Both the position numbers and the translations under genes were made by a program. A DNA stretch of 64,000 nucleotides, from positions 124,001-188,000 of the forward strand of contig BCKZ01000024.1 of assembly GCA_001600815.1 (NCBI GenBank). The letters run 5' to 3'. A model generated the notes under the pieces. That model made no database searches and was not told the origin of the DNA. It saw nothing but the letters and a program-made list of their open reading frames with translations. The DNA comes from Alloascoidea hylecoeti (Eukaryota). Shown one piece after another: positions 36,044-47,450 of the stretch (its first letter is position 1; each line of letters starts with the position of its first letter).

Positions 36044-37666
36044 TTAAACATGAATAACATCTTTTAAGGTATAAGTCATAACCACCGATAAAGTAATAAT
36101 TAATATTGGATATTGAATAATCAAAGCCATTGCAACACAATCTAATGCAATTTTTTTATTTTTAGGAGAATAATAAGAAGTAATATACATATTTGTAGTT
36201 TGTGTTGGAATTGAACCCGTTAAAATTAAAACAAAAGGTGCTAATCTATCATTTTTTGAAATCCAACCAATTTTTTTAAATTGGTTAACTAATAAAATTA
36301 AAAAAATTGGTAATAATATTAATTTTATAACAATTAACATTAATAAAGTTAATAAAAATTTTGAAGGAAATGAATTAATTTTTAAATTTGATATTGTTGA
36401 ACCAAGCATTATTAGACCAAATGGTACTGCTCCTGCACCAACAAAAGACGTAAAGTCCATTACAAAATTTAATATTGGTAAACCATCTGGAGCATCTGGT
36501 AAATTTGCATCTGCTTTTTTATAAAATAAACGTCTTGTCCATGGAATCATTGTAAGTGTAATTGCAACTATTAAAGCAATTGACATTGGTTTTTTAAGAT
36601 TACTTAAAAAGAAAAGTGTTCCTCTTTTGATAATTGTATAGAAATGTTTTAAATTTAAACTTTTTTTTGATTTTGATTTGATAATTGTATTTGAAGTTAA
36701 ATAAGTAGTACGTTCATAATTTTGAATTATATTATCTGCAGTTTCTGTTATTCGTCTTTCCAATTCTAATGAATTTGAGCGATTATTAACGAAGTTTGGA
36801 ATGGAGCGTGATTGTAATTGATTATTTCCATTAGTAGTTGTTGATCTTTCTTTTATTATGTTATTATTTAGACCAAGATCTCGACCAGATTCTATATCAT
36901 CATTAGTTATAGATTTATAATTTGGTATTTTTCCAATAGCGATATTCTTAGTTCTTGGTTCAAATTCAAGTTCATGATGATCATGAACATTTTTTGAATT
37001 AGGTGTGGGTTTAGGATTAATTTTTTTCTTTAAAAATGAAGATATATTTTTAATAGATAAAAACGGTGAAAAATCAGCATGATTTATATCTTCTTCTTCT
37101 TCATCTTCATCTTCGTCTTCTTCAGGATCAAGATCAAGATCATTATTTTTATTAGTTTTAAAATCAGCAACGATTAATTTAAAACCACCACAATTCCAAA
37201 AAGTGACCGTACACATAGCCATAAACATTGTAACATAAGCAACACCTTTATCCGACTCTGCACTTGTGAATAATGATCCAGTAGCTAAGCTCTGAACATA
37301 TGCAATTGGTAAATCACCAGCATTATTCCAAGTACTGGCAGCAATAAGACCTCCTCTCCAATTTTTAGGGCATGGTGCAAATAAAACTAATGCAATTCCT
37401 GCTATTAATCCGACACCAGTTTGGAAAAAAGCACCTAAGATCATTATCCCTAACATCTTTAAATCTGAGCCATCTAATGAACTAATAATTTTATTGAATA
37501 TTAGAGCTGGTTGAAGAGCAAGGATTAATATTGAAGATATTGAACGACCAGTTTCAGCAGTTAAGATTTTTTTCTTTGCGAGAATAAAACCTAAAGCAAT
37601 ATTTAAGAAAATCTTAATTATTGGTTTTACCGAGATGTAAATCGCAGCCCCTAAAGAAATGGACAT
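36044..37666 (-). CDS. ECM3: ECM3/YNL095C-family membrane transporter (auxin-efflux-carrier-like)
   Basis: MSISLGAAIYISVKPIIKIF, WNNAGDLPIAYVQS, APDGLPILNFVMDFT and GAVPFGLIMLG motifs; two TM blocks separated by a hydrophilic loop. Confidence 0.78.
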   Translation of the reverse strand: MSISLGAAIYISVKPIIKIFLNIALGFILAKKKILTAETGRSISSILILALQPALIFNKIISSLDGSDLKMLGIMILGAFFQTGVGLIAGIALVLFAPCPKNWRGGLIAASTWNNAGDLPIAYVQSLATGSLFTSAESDKGVAYVTMFMAMCTVTFWNCGGFKLIVADFKTNKNNDLDLDPEEDEDEDEEEEDINHADFSPFLSIKNISSFLKKKINPKPTPNSKNVHDHHELEFEPRTKNIAIGKIPNYKSITNDDIESGRDLGLNNNIIKERSTTTNGNNQLQSRSIPNFVNNRSNSLELERRITETADNIIQNYERTTYLTSNTIIKSKSKKSLNLKHFYTIIKRGTLFFLSNLKKPMSIALIVAITLTMIPWTRRLFYKKADANLPDAPDGLPILNFVMDFTSFVGAGAVPFGLIMLGSTISNLKINSFPSKFLLTLLMLIVIKLILLPIFLILLVNQFKKIGWISKNDRLAPFVLILTGSIPTQTTNMYITSYYSPKNKKIALDCVAMALIIQYPILIITLSVVMTYTLKDVIHV

Positions 37667-38212
37667 TTTTTGTTGATGGGTGTTAACTTTAAGTGTTATG
37701 ATTATTCGGATCAATCATATATGATGATGAGAAAAAGATAAAATTATATATATATAATTTGAGTTGAGGAAAAATGGAAAAGAAAGAAATATGAAATAAT
37801 TATATATAAATTAAAAGCAGTTAATTAAAAGTTAAAAGTGTTTTGTGATCAACGGTAAAATAATTAACAGGTTATATAATTATAATGTATTGTTCATATT
37901 TATCTTCGGGAAGCTCCACTTTTCTTTTCATCTACAAGATTGAAAATTATCTTATTGTCAATACTGAAAAAAAGAAGTAAAACTTTTAGAAATAAAAATG
38001 GCAAATCTGAAATGCTAAAGGACGTTTTCAAGTTGCAAGATGGAGTAGAGTTTTTCCGGTTATCACTAATATTTCATTACCTTGGAGATATATTATTAAC
38101 CGAATATTTTGGTAAGAACATACGGTATTCCACTCTCAATTTGGCAGGAGGGAAGTATTATGTATATGTGTGGGGTGAGTGTTTTTTGGCTTGTGAGGTT
38201 AATTTTCGGTGT

Positions 38213-38832
38213 CAGGGTGATAAAATGTTTCGGTATTTTGTTCTTGGTTGTTTGAGTTACAATTTTGGTAATTTATTTCGTGATTTATTTGACTAACAAT
38301 TTGGCTATTTTGGATATAATTAAAATGGAAATAGCCATTTTATGTAAACAGTTTGGGGTCTTTCTAAGACAAACAACAGTTAAGCGGCTTGGTTGAAATA
38401 TTAATAATTGAATTATTAATACCAGATGGTAATCTTTATTTGTTCCTAGAAACATATAAGCGTATTTAATTAATGTACTGGCTGGGTGGATTATCCAGAT
38501 ATACTGTAGGATATAGTAGTGGATAATTATAGTTTAAATACGTACAAACAGTTGGTATATTCCATCTTTTCTTTTCTCGTTTATAAGCAATGATTGATAA
38601 CATGTTTCGTAACTATGGTAAAGGTACGGTTAAAGATTACCATCTCCAATAATTGAATTATTTCAGTCAAGCCACTCGACCGTTGTCTCAGATAGATGTC
38701 CAAACAGTTTGTGCATAAAAATGGATATTTCCAAAATAACCAAATTGTCACTCAAATAAATCACGAAATAAGTTTACCAAAATTGTAACTTAATCAACCA
38801 GAAACAAAATACCGAAACATTTTATCATCCTA
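38213..38832. repeat. Fold-back inverted repeat; arms about 38213-38438 and 38631-38832
   Basis: gataaaatgtttcggtattttg...gttacaattttggtaa...tatttcgtgatttatttga...agatggtaatcttta recurs as its reverse complement across a ~190-bp spacer. Confidence 0.9.
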
Positions 38833-39529
38833 TACATACACTGTTACACAAAATGCTCTCTCCAACTTATTTTTACCGATTTCAAATGTTGAAATATTGT
38901 ATCATAGTTTTTTTTAATGCTGCTGTATTGGTGCTAATATTAATAAACCTATTTTTTTGATGAAATGAACGAAATTCAATATTTATAGATATATTGATAT
39001 ATTTAATGGATCGTGGATGATCAAATTTCACAGGAATCGGACAGCAGATAAGATAAGATAAGATAATAGAATTTATAAAAAAAGTTTAGAGTATTTATAT
39101 TACATAACTTAGATAAAGACAATTAATTGCAATCTATAAGGCTTATATTCATTTTAGTTTAAACAAGTATGGAGGTTTTGTAGACCATCTGAACCATACA
39201 ATCAAAATTTACATTTCGAAAATCAATCATATGCTTTTATTTTGAAAACTAAGTACTGTAAATAGATATCCTATGTACTTAAAGAACCCTCAGTGTGTTC
39301 CAGAATTTGTTTCCGATAGACCTTAATTTGGATGGCATCCGAATCAGGATGTTCAAGGGTTCCCCACATAATACCAATGAATTGTCATATGAACAACCAT
39401 TTCATAATTGGACTCATTTGCTCTATATATGTATATACAATTTATATAATTACTGACCTATAGATTCTGAATTGTTTTTTTTCCAGTTGGTTCTGATAGT
39501 TCATGAATAAAAAAGTGTGTATCAGTAGA

Positions 39530-40420
39530 AGCAAAGCCAGTGATTATGATTTCAACTGCTAATCTCACTTCTCTAGCATGAAAGAGTTGCTTAATATGGG
39601 TTGATGATGGATGCAAGAAATAGAACTCGTCTGTTATGTTTGAGCTTTAAGATTCTTTTAAATTGGTGAATATTAACATCACTATGTTTATAGTAGGGAA
39701 CCTAGTTGAAACTATTGATCTGAATTTCTCTCCCACCTAGGTGAATAGAATCCTACTGTTGTACATGGTGAGCTCATTACTTCAACTATCTTTAGAAGTT
39801 ACTATACATATAAACTTAGACAATATATGTACAGTACAGCCAGGCCTCGATTATCCATTCCAAAACATAGAATGAATTCTAGAATTTAGTAAAGCGATAT
39901 TTCTATTAATACCTTCTTAAAAGAAAAGAGCCTATCAACACTTTCTGAAAGGGCAATTAACTGAAATGAAATTCTTATGATTGAAACATGCAGCTTCTAC
40001 TGCTGAATACGGTTGATGAGCTAGCTGCAAAGTTGAACATTAAAATATCTAATCAATTAACCGTTTTGTAGAAACCTGGATATAAAACATTTTCTGAATG
40101 AGAAGAACCAATAGAATAAAAAATAATGGTCTAAAGATAGATTAGAGTGATCTCAGGAGATACCAATGGTGTAATTAGGATGTTTAGAAAAAATTATGCT
40201 CCACAATTGCCACAGTCAGGCCAAGCCTTCAAACCTCAAAATACTGTCTCCTACATAGAGCATTTGAATGATGAGATCCCTGAGGGAGTAATATTCATGT
40301 GTTATCTAAAGCTTTTTATGTAAAGCTGGTGTCACGACGAAGTGGTTAACGTTTCGTGGCAAGTAGATTGAAACTGTTCTACCATGTTGCATCTTATATT
40401 ACTTATATAGGGGTTACTTA
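39530..40420 (-). mobile_element. Decayed hAT-like transposase relic (tentative)
   Basis: DATW*NSFNLL near 40395-40363 (cf. TRWNS) and, about 260 codons downstream, ITDEFYFLHPSSTHIKQLF...RLAVEII (cf. LAxDYLSIPASSxxVERLFS...RL). Confidence 0.4.
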
Positions 40421-40836
40421 GATTACATAAATAGCCTCTTGCAATTGGGGGTTCTACTTGGTGGTGAAAAGAGATAGAGGGTGGAGACCTAAATCCAAAC
40501 TGCAATTGATTACATATAAAATAAAATCCCCTCAAAAAAAAAGTGCATCTGCACCCAGGAGTTGCGATTATGTCCCTTTCACTGTAATGAAGAATGATCT
40601 ATTATTTGGGTCTTGTTCAAACGAATGCAATTGGGGACTTAATTGTTGTAAAAATGGAAACATCAAATATATAAATGAAACCACAGCATAAAATAATTTA
40701 ATCTCTATCAAGGGAGTTTGGGTGTTGTGATATCTATCCATTATCTACTTTATACTTACTCGTTGTATCCTAGTTATCCATGAAATAAAAATTTTCAAAA
40801 TATTGATTAGTATATAAGATTAAAAAATTAACCGAT

Positions 40837-42102
40837 ATGGTATTACAACAATATGAACCATTATCAAATGATATTGAGATTAATGAAGGTAGTGAATTAG
40901 TTTATACAAATACAACAACAGAAAACTATGATACAACAGATACAATAGGAACAGGATTAGGATTAGAAAAATCTAAAAAAAAAGTAATATTAGTTATTAT
41001 TGCATTTATAATATCATTAATTTCATTTGTCATACAAACCGAATTAACAGGATTATTATCGAGAGAGTTTCAATTCCATAGACCTTTTTTTTTATTATTT
41101 ATAACACATGGATCATGGACATTTTTATTGCCAATACAGTTAATAAGTATAAGTCTATTCAAATGGAATTCAGAGAAATATCACGACCGTTTAACAAGTT
41201 CGAATTCCGCGAGGTTTTACAAGAGATTTGGGACAGGGATTACGAATAGCATTAGAGAACAAATAGAAGGACTAAAAGGCACGGGGGTGTTGATCGCAGA
41301 AGCAAACGGGTATTCCAAATACGAATACAAAAAGTATTTTTTCATCGCGGGTATGAAGCTAGTGGTGTCCTTGACGATTGCAGCGTCCTCGTGGTACACG
41401 GCAGTCAACCTAACGACGCCGGGGGACCTGACGGCGATATACAACTGCTCGGCATTTTTTGCGTACGGGTTCAGCGTGTGGCTGCTGGGGGAGAAGGTGG
41501 AGAGGATGAAGGCCGCAAGCGTGGTGCTGGCGGTCGGAGGGGTGTTTCTGGTGGGATGGGGCGGGCAGGGGCAGGACGCGGGGGCGTATCCACGGCGGGT
41601 GCTCGGGGACGCGGTCATCGGGGTCGGGGCCGTGGTGTACGGGCTGTACGAGGTTCTGTACAAAAGGCTGTGCTGCCCGGACGCGAGCCTGGTGGGCGCG
41701 CGCAGGCAGGCGGGCTTCTCGACGGTGGTGGCCAGCCTGGTCGGGGTGCTGACGGTGGCGGGCGGGTGGCTGCCGCTGGCGGGGCTGCACGTGCTGGGGG
41801 TGGAGCGGTTCTCGCTGCCGGCGCAGGGCCGGGTGTGGGTGTGCGTGGGTCTGAGCGTCGGGGCCAACATGTGCTTCACGCTCAGCTTCCTGGTGCTGAT
41901 CACGCTGACGAGCGCGGTGGTCGGGAGCGTGTCGTCGCTGGTGTCGATCTTCGTGGTCGGCGCGGTGGAGTGGGCGGTGTTCGGGACGGCGGTGTCCGGC
42001 ACGGGGGGCGTGGGGTACCTGCTCGTGATGTGTGGGTTTGTGGTGTTGAGCGTGGCCAGCTGGCAGGAGATCGCGCAGGACGCACGCCTGAGAGGCACCT
42101 AA
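40837..42102 (+). CDS. EamA/DMT-superfamily (SLC35F-like) membrane transporter
   Basis: About 10 hydrophobic segments; SFVIQTEL, SSWYTAVNLTTPGDLTAIYNCSAFFAY and YGLYEVLYK motifs. Confidence 0.8.
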   Translation: MVLQQYEPLSNDIEINEGSELVYTNTTTENYDTTDTIGTGLGLEKSKKKVILVIIAFIISLISFVIQTELTGLLSREFQFHRPFFLLFITHGSWTFLLPIQLISISLFKWNSEKYHDRLTSSNSARFYKRFGTGITNSIREQIEGLKGTGVLIAEANGYSKYEYKKYFFIAGMKLVVSLTIAASSWYTAVNLTTPGDLTAIYNCSAFFAYGFSVWLLGEKVERMKAASVVLAVGGVFLVGWGGQGQDAGAYPRRVLGDAVIGVGAVVYGLYEVLYKRLCCPDASLVGARRQAGFSTVVASLVGVLTVAGGWLPLAGLHVLGVERFSLPAQGRVWVCVGLSVGANMCFTLSFLVLITLTSAVVGSVSSLVSIFVVGAVEWAVFGTAVSGTGGVGYLLVMCGFVVLSVASWQEIAQDARLRGT

Positions 42103-42152
42103 CAGACACATATTTATTTAGTAACGGTAGTTGCACTCATCCTTATACTCCA

Positions 42153-44405
42153 ATGTCTCTTTCCACCGCGGCTGGCACCTACCCCAAGCAGGCCTTCTCC
42201 AACCCTGGGCCCGCCCCGAGACCCCCGAGACCGCCCCACAAGGCCTCCACCAGCTCCTTCAGCAGCCACGGAGGCTCCCGGACGCGTGCGGTCCGGCACC
42301 ACGGCTGGGTGTCCTTCAAAGATGACAGCGCACTGTTCTCCTTCCTGTGGTCCAAGCGGTACCTCGTGCTGACGGCCGCCACCCTCGACTTCTACAAGGC
42401 CGAGCCCGCGGAGATCCCGCCCTCGCCGTCCCAGACGGACCCCAACCTGGCCTTCTCCGTTCCGCTGTCGTCCATCGCCAACCTCACCCGCGTCCAGGTC
42501 CGCCCGTTCTGCTTCGAAATCATCCGGAACTCCTCCCAGCGGTCTTTGTTCGTGTCCTGCAAGAACGACGCGGATCTGAGCACCTGGATCGATCTCATTT
42601 TTGCCAAAGCCCCCCTGACAGGCGCGGTCTCGCATCCGACCAATTTCACCCACAAGGTCCATGTGGGGTTCGACCCGAACTCCGGAAATTTCACGGGCCT
42701 GCCTGCCACCTGGGCCAAACTTTTATCCACGAGTGCAATCACGAACGATGATTTCCAAAAAAATCCGCAGGCTGTTATTGAAGTTTTGGAATTCTACACA
42801 ACCGATGCGAACGCAAATGCGAACGCAAATGCGAACGCAAATGCTAATCCAAGTGCTAATCCAAACGCTAACTCTAATGGCCCAATTCAACAATCTCCTT
42901 CACCACATAACAACAACATGCGATCGGAAAATAATAAATTCGCTTCTGATTTACAGGAATGGACAAAACCTCCTTCAAAACATTCTCATTCCCCTGCTTC
43001 AAGTGGTTCTCGTCATGATAATTTAAATCCAATGAGACCTGCTCCACGTCCTCCAAAATTAAATACTGATGATAGTGATAACAACAACAACAACAATGAA
43101 AATGGTTTGGATCTGGTATCTCCCATTGCTCCTTTAAATTTAAAAAAATCAAGTACAACCAATGGTCCCCCTTTAGAATCTTTTACTCCTGTAAGAAAAG
43201 CTCCTGCTCCTCCACAAAAAAATCAAAAGAAGCAAAATGGTTTACCACAACCTTTAATGAAACAACCTTCTTTACCTTCTATAAATTCCGATTCAAATTT
43301 AAATTCATCAGCTCATTTAAAACAAATGAAATCAACAAACCAATTATATCAAGGTAAAAAAGATGTACCTTTAAAACCATTTCCTCCAAAAAAACAAAAT
43401 CAACAACAAAATCAACCCCAGCATCAACATCAGCAACATCAACATCAACGGAAAAAAGAACAAGTTGATGAAAAAAGATTATCAACAATGACTGAACCAC
43501 AAATAATGGCTAAATTAAGATCTGTAGTTGCTGATGTTGATCCAACTCCTTTATATCAAAAAGTTGAAAAAGTTGGTCAAGGTGCTTCAGGTTCTGTTTA
43601 TGTTGCAAGAGCATTAAAAAGAAAAGGTCAAAAAGTTGCTATAAAACAAATGGATTTACATGCTCAATTAAGAAAAGAATTAATTGTTAATGAAATTTTA
43701 GTTATGAAAGAATCTCATCATCCAAATATTGTTAATTTCTTAGAATCTTATTTAAGAACTTCAAATGAATTATGGGTTGTTATGGAATATATGGAAGGTG
43801 GTTCATTAACTGATGTAATTGATAATAATGATCGATTAAATGAATATCAAATTTCAACTATTGTTTTTGAATCAATAAAAGGTTTACAATTTTTACATCA
43901 TCGTAATATTATACATCGTGATATTAAATCTGATAATGTTTTATTAGATGCAAGAGGTAATGTTAAATTAACTGATTTTGGCTTTTGCGCGAAATTAACT
44001 GATCAAAGAAATAAAAGAGCAACAATGGTTGGTACTCCATATTGGATGGCTCCTGAAGTTGTTAAACAAAAACAATATGATTCAAAAGTTGATATTTGGT
44101 CCCTAGGTATAATGGTAATTGAAATGATTGAAAGTGAACCTCCATATTTAAATGAAGAACCTTTAAAAGCTTTATATTTAATTGCAACAAATGGTACTCC
44201 AAGATTGAAAAAACCTGAATTATTATCAAAAGAAATTAAAAATTTCTTAAGTATCTGTCTTTGTGTTGATGTTAAAGTTAGAGCAACAAGTGATGAATTA
44301 ATTCAACATGATTTTTTAAAAAAAGGTTGTCCTGTTGCTGAATTGGCAAAATTATTAAAATGGAAAGAAAAAGATGATGACGATATTATTCCTCAATTAC
44401 ATTAA
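42153..44405 (+). CDS. CLA4: PAK-family kinase with PH, CRIB and kinase domains
   Basis: PH domain (LWSKRYLVL...W), CRIB (VSHPTNFTHKVHVGFD), kinase (GQGASGSV, HRDIKSDN, DFG, GTPYWMAPE). True start taken as ATG 42153 (MSLSTAAG). Confidence 0.93.
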   Translation: MSLSTAAGTYPKQAFSNPGPAPRPPRPPHKASTSSFSSHGGSRTRAVRHHGWVSFKDDSALFSFLWSKRYLVLTAATLDFYKAEPAEIPPSPSQTDPNLAFSVPLSSIANLTRVQVRPFCFEIIRNSSQRSLFVSCKNDADLSTWIDLIFAKAPLTGAVSHPTNFTHKVHVGFDPNSGNFTGLPATWAKLLSTSAITNDDFQKNPQAVIEVLEFYTTDANANANANANANANPSANPNANSNGPIQQSPSPHNNNMRSENNKFASDLQEWTKPPSKHSHSPASSGSRHDNLNPMRPAPRPPKLNTDDSDNNNNNNENGLDLVSPIAPLNLKKSSTTNGPPLESFTPVRKAPAPPQKNQKKQNGLPQPLMKQPSLPSINSDSNLNSSAHLKQMKSTNQLYQGKKDVPLKPFPPKKQNQQQNQPQHQHQQHQHQRKKEQVDEKRLSTMTEPQIMAKLRSVVADVDPTPLYQKVEKVGQGASGSVYVARALKRKGQKVAIKQMDLHAQLRKELIVNEILVMKESHHPNIVNFLESYLRTSNELWVVMEYMEGGSLTDVIDNNDRLNEYQISTIVFESIKGLQFLHHRNIIHRDIKSDNVLLDARGNVKLTDFGFCAKLTDQRNKRATMVGTPYWMAPEVVKQKQYDSKVDIWSLGIMVIEMIESEPPYLNEEPLKALYLIATNGTPRLKKPELLSKEIKNFLSICLCVDVKVRATSDELIQHDFLKKGCPVAELAKLLKWKEKDDDDIIPQLH

Positions 44406-44924
44406 TTTTATCATATTATAACTATTTATTAGTTAATGAAAAAAAAAAATTATTAATGCATTTCAATCTCAATAAACCAACTATTATATTCATTAATCTA
44501 TTTAATTCATTCATTAAATTTGTTCAAGTACCGTTAAATTTTGTTTTCATTTTTTCATTCATATTCATTACAATTTTTTTTTTTTTTATCTTTGTTTTTG
44601 TTGGTTTATATTAATGCATTTTTTTGGTTCAATTCATAATGGAAACAATAAGAAATGAAAATTATAAGTAAGATATAAAAAAATATTAATATAATTAAGA
44701 ATAAAAACCCATTTTTTGAGATTAATAAATAATTATTATTGTTTCCATAATTAAATTTTTTGATTTATTTATTTATTTAATTATTTGTTATTCATTTAAT
44801 ACTTAATTATTTATGTATTTTCATTTCTCATAATTTTGACCATTTATATCTTTATTATTTTGTTCATTTTTTTGATTATACACCTTACATTTTTATTTAA
44901 TATCAATATTAATTACTTTTTTAT

Positions 44925-45060
44925 TTTTATTTTTTTTTTTTTTTTTCATTTTCTTAATATTACACGTTTTTTTTTTATCATTTGTTTTTATGGGAAACTT
45001 ATTTTTTTTTTTTTGAAATTTTTTTTTTTTTTTTTTAAAGGAATTTTTTTAATATTATAT

Positions 45061-45131
<71 letters not shown>

Positions 45132-45170
45132 TTTTTTTTTTTTTTTTTTAAATTTTTTTTTTTTTTTTTT
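44925..45170. repeat. Interrupted poly(dT) low-complexity tract
   Basis: About 250 bp of T runs up to ~37 nt, downstream of CLA4. Confidence 0.9.
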
Positions 45171-45384
45171 AAAGGAATTGTTCTAATATTATATAATTTT
45201 ATTTTTCTATTTTATTTGTTTTCATGAAAACACAAATATTAATATTAATGCAATTACAAGATGAAAATGAAAATTTTGATTAATGTAAAATTTACATGAT
45301 AAACCATTTTTTTTAAAACATTGAAAATAAAAATAAACATTAAATGTTACAACAAAATTTGAGGTTTGAAAGGAGAGATGAGTT

Positions 45385-45431
45385 GAGATGCGATGCGATG
45401 CGATGCGATGAGATGATATGAGATGAGATGA
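45385..45431. repeat. Pentanucleotide microsatellite (GATGC/GATGA)n
   Basis: gagatgcgatgcgatgcgatgcgatgagatgatatgagatgagatga. Confidence 0.85.
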
Positions 45432-45987
45432 AATCTCTTGATCATGAAGAAATTTAATAAAAACAGGTTTTGGTTTAGCTGGTGAAATATGAATATGCAA
45501 TTGCAATATTATATTCTTGATATCGATTAGAATGCAAATATATAAAATGATAATATATAATGATTGAATATTAAATAATTGGAAATTTTTTATGTTTTTT
45601 ACATTTATTTTTTACTTTTTACTTTATGTTTTGAGTTTATATATGTTTATGCTTTCGTTTATATTATATTGTCTTTACAACACATTTACCTGCTACTAAT
45701 TTAACCTTATCATTATTGATTCTCATTCTTTATTTTTGTTTGCAATTGTAATTGATATTGATATTCGTCACCATCATACATATGTTTACCGGTATAACAT
45801 GAATTGATGACTTGTTAAACGAGCTTATATGTGTCACATCTATTTTACTGACTCTGTCTGTATGCTTGACAGCTCCTATTTTGTGTTTATCAAAATCGTT
45901 TTATTTTTTTCTTTTGATTCTCAAATTTTAATTTACCATTGCTTCAATTATTTTAAAGGCTGTATTTGATCATAATTATAAGCAATC

Positions 45988-46020
<33 letters not shown>

Positions 46021-47450
46021 TGTCATAATAAGATCATCCCTTCCAATAATTATAAAAAATAAAAAAAAAAACGTTATTCTTCTAATAATAGAAACTCGCA
46101 AAATAGTAAGTAGAGGATGAGTTTGAGAAGAACCGCGATACCACTCACACATTCATATAAAATCTTTGATGATACACAGAAGAATCTGGAACTTTTTTGT
46201 TTATAAATTTTAGATGTCTTTGTGGTAGTTCGGCAATTGGAAAGATAGAATACGTTGTAAAGTTGGATGTTCTCCGCATCATTGACCATTTACACGATTT
46301 CATCAATGTCAAGAATAAGTACAATCTTGGAAAGCCTACTCACACCTCAATTAACTCTAGAAGATAGTTCTTACAAGTTTTTTTTAGTACATTGACTGCT
46401 TTTTGTTGTTCTAGCAAATCTACCACCAATATCACCCAAGCATATGCGGCAAATGAACAAGCTTCTCATCAGAAATCAAATATTCTTCCATTAAATCGGG
46501 CAACCACTTAATGTTTTGAGTCCTTCGTGCACTACACCTAATTTCCAATAGGTCTAGTTGTGTTTTTTTTTTTTTTTTAATCATTTTGACTTCCCCAAGA
46601 CCCCCTTCTTCTGGACGGACAGTTATATATACACCTACTTTTTTGAAACTTCTGTTACTGTCGGGCTTGTTTAAAATGCGCGGTTAGATAAACTCATCAA
46701 CGACACGAACTAACTGTGGTCTATCTGGAGTATGGACAAACTGTCATTTCCTTAAGATTTCTGCCTCCCCCAGAATAGTGAACGTAATCTTTTGTGACGT
46801 GTGTATTTTTTTTCGTACGAAATAGCCGAACGTGTAGAATAGAGATTTCAGAGTTATTTTTTATATATATGCCATTTTGGTATGATTGGGTATTTTAAGA
46901 AGTTAAATTTTAATGAGCGTGAAGTTTCGAAATGATTTTCTGAACTTACGGTTGGTACTTACCCCATACCATATACAGAGTAAAAATGGTGAAAAGATTA
47001 TTGGTTCTCTCAAAGCCGTAAAAAAAGTTCAGAAAAAAGTTGTTACATGATATTGAAATGAATATTGGAATCAATAGGATCGCTAATTAGTAGAATACCC
47101 CATGAAGTCCTTCAAAGGCTTTTTTACTTCCACAGCGAAAATTTGAAGTTAGACAACAACCATTACATATATGAGCCCAACAATCAGGTGCCTTGAGATA
47201 TGTATAATAATAGTTCTAAGAATTTCTTGATATTTGGTGAATTTATAATTTTTAATTATGTAGTTGTACCCCAAAGCGGACACGTCCGGTAAACCTACCA
47301 TTTTCTAACACATTAGGGATTACATAACTATAGTTGTGGAAGAGAAAGAAATATATACTTATATAATGTTCTTTTAAAACATGTATAAACCTTATATTGA
47401 AGCTGGAAATACAGTATATATTAATTAATATATTTAAAATTTTTGGTCCC

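Noticed and set aside
37940..38296. 118-aa ORF overlapping the palindrome
   Set aside because: TTG start, no recognisable domain, and it runs into a repeat arm.
41391..42152. GTG-initiated 254-aa N-terminal extension of CLA4 in the ORF track
   Set aside because: Overlaps the DMT gene, is low-complexity and uses a non-AUG start; ATG 42153 gives a normal Cla4 architecture.
41217..42751. Cluster of long antisense and alternate-frame ORFs (293, 233, 182, 134 aa)
   Set aside because: Shadow ORFs expected from stop-codon depletion in the GC peak; they overlap two well-supported genes.
44836..45186. Phe-rich ORF (also 12170-12457)
   Set aside because: Translation of poly(dT) tracts, not genes.
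34516..47450. Mating-type locus inside the inverted repeats
   Set aside because: No HMG, alpha-box or homeodomain ORF and no SLA2/APN2/DIC1 neighbours were recognised.
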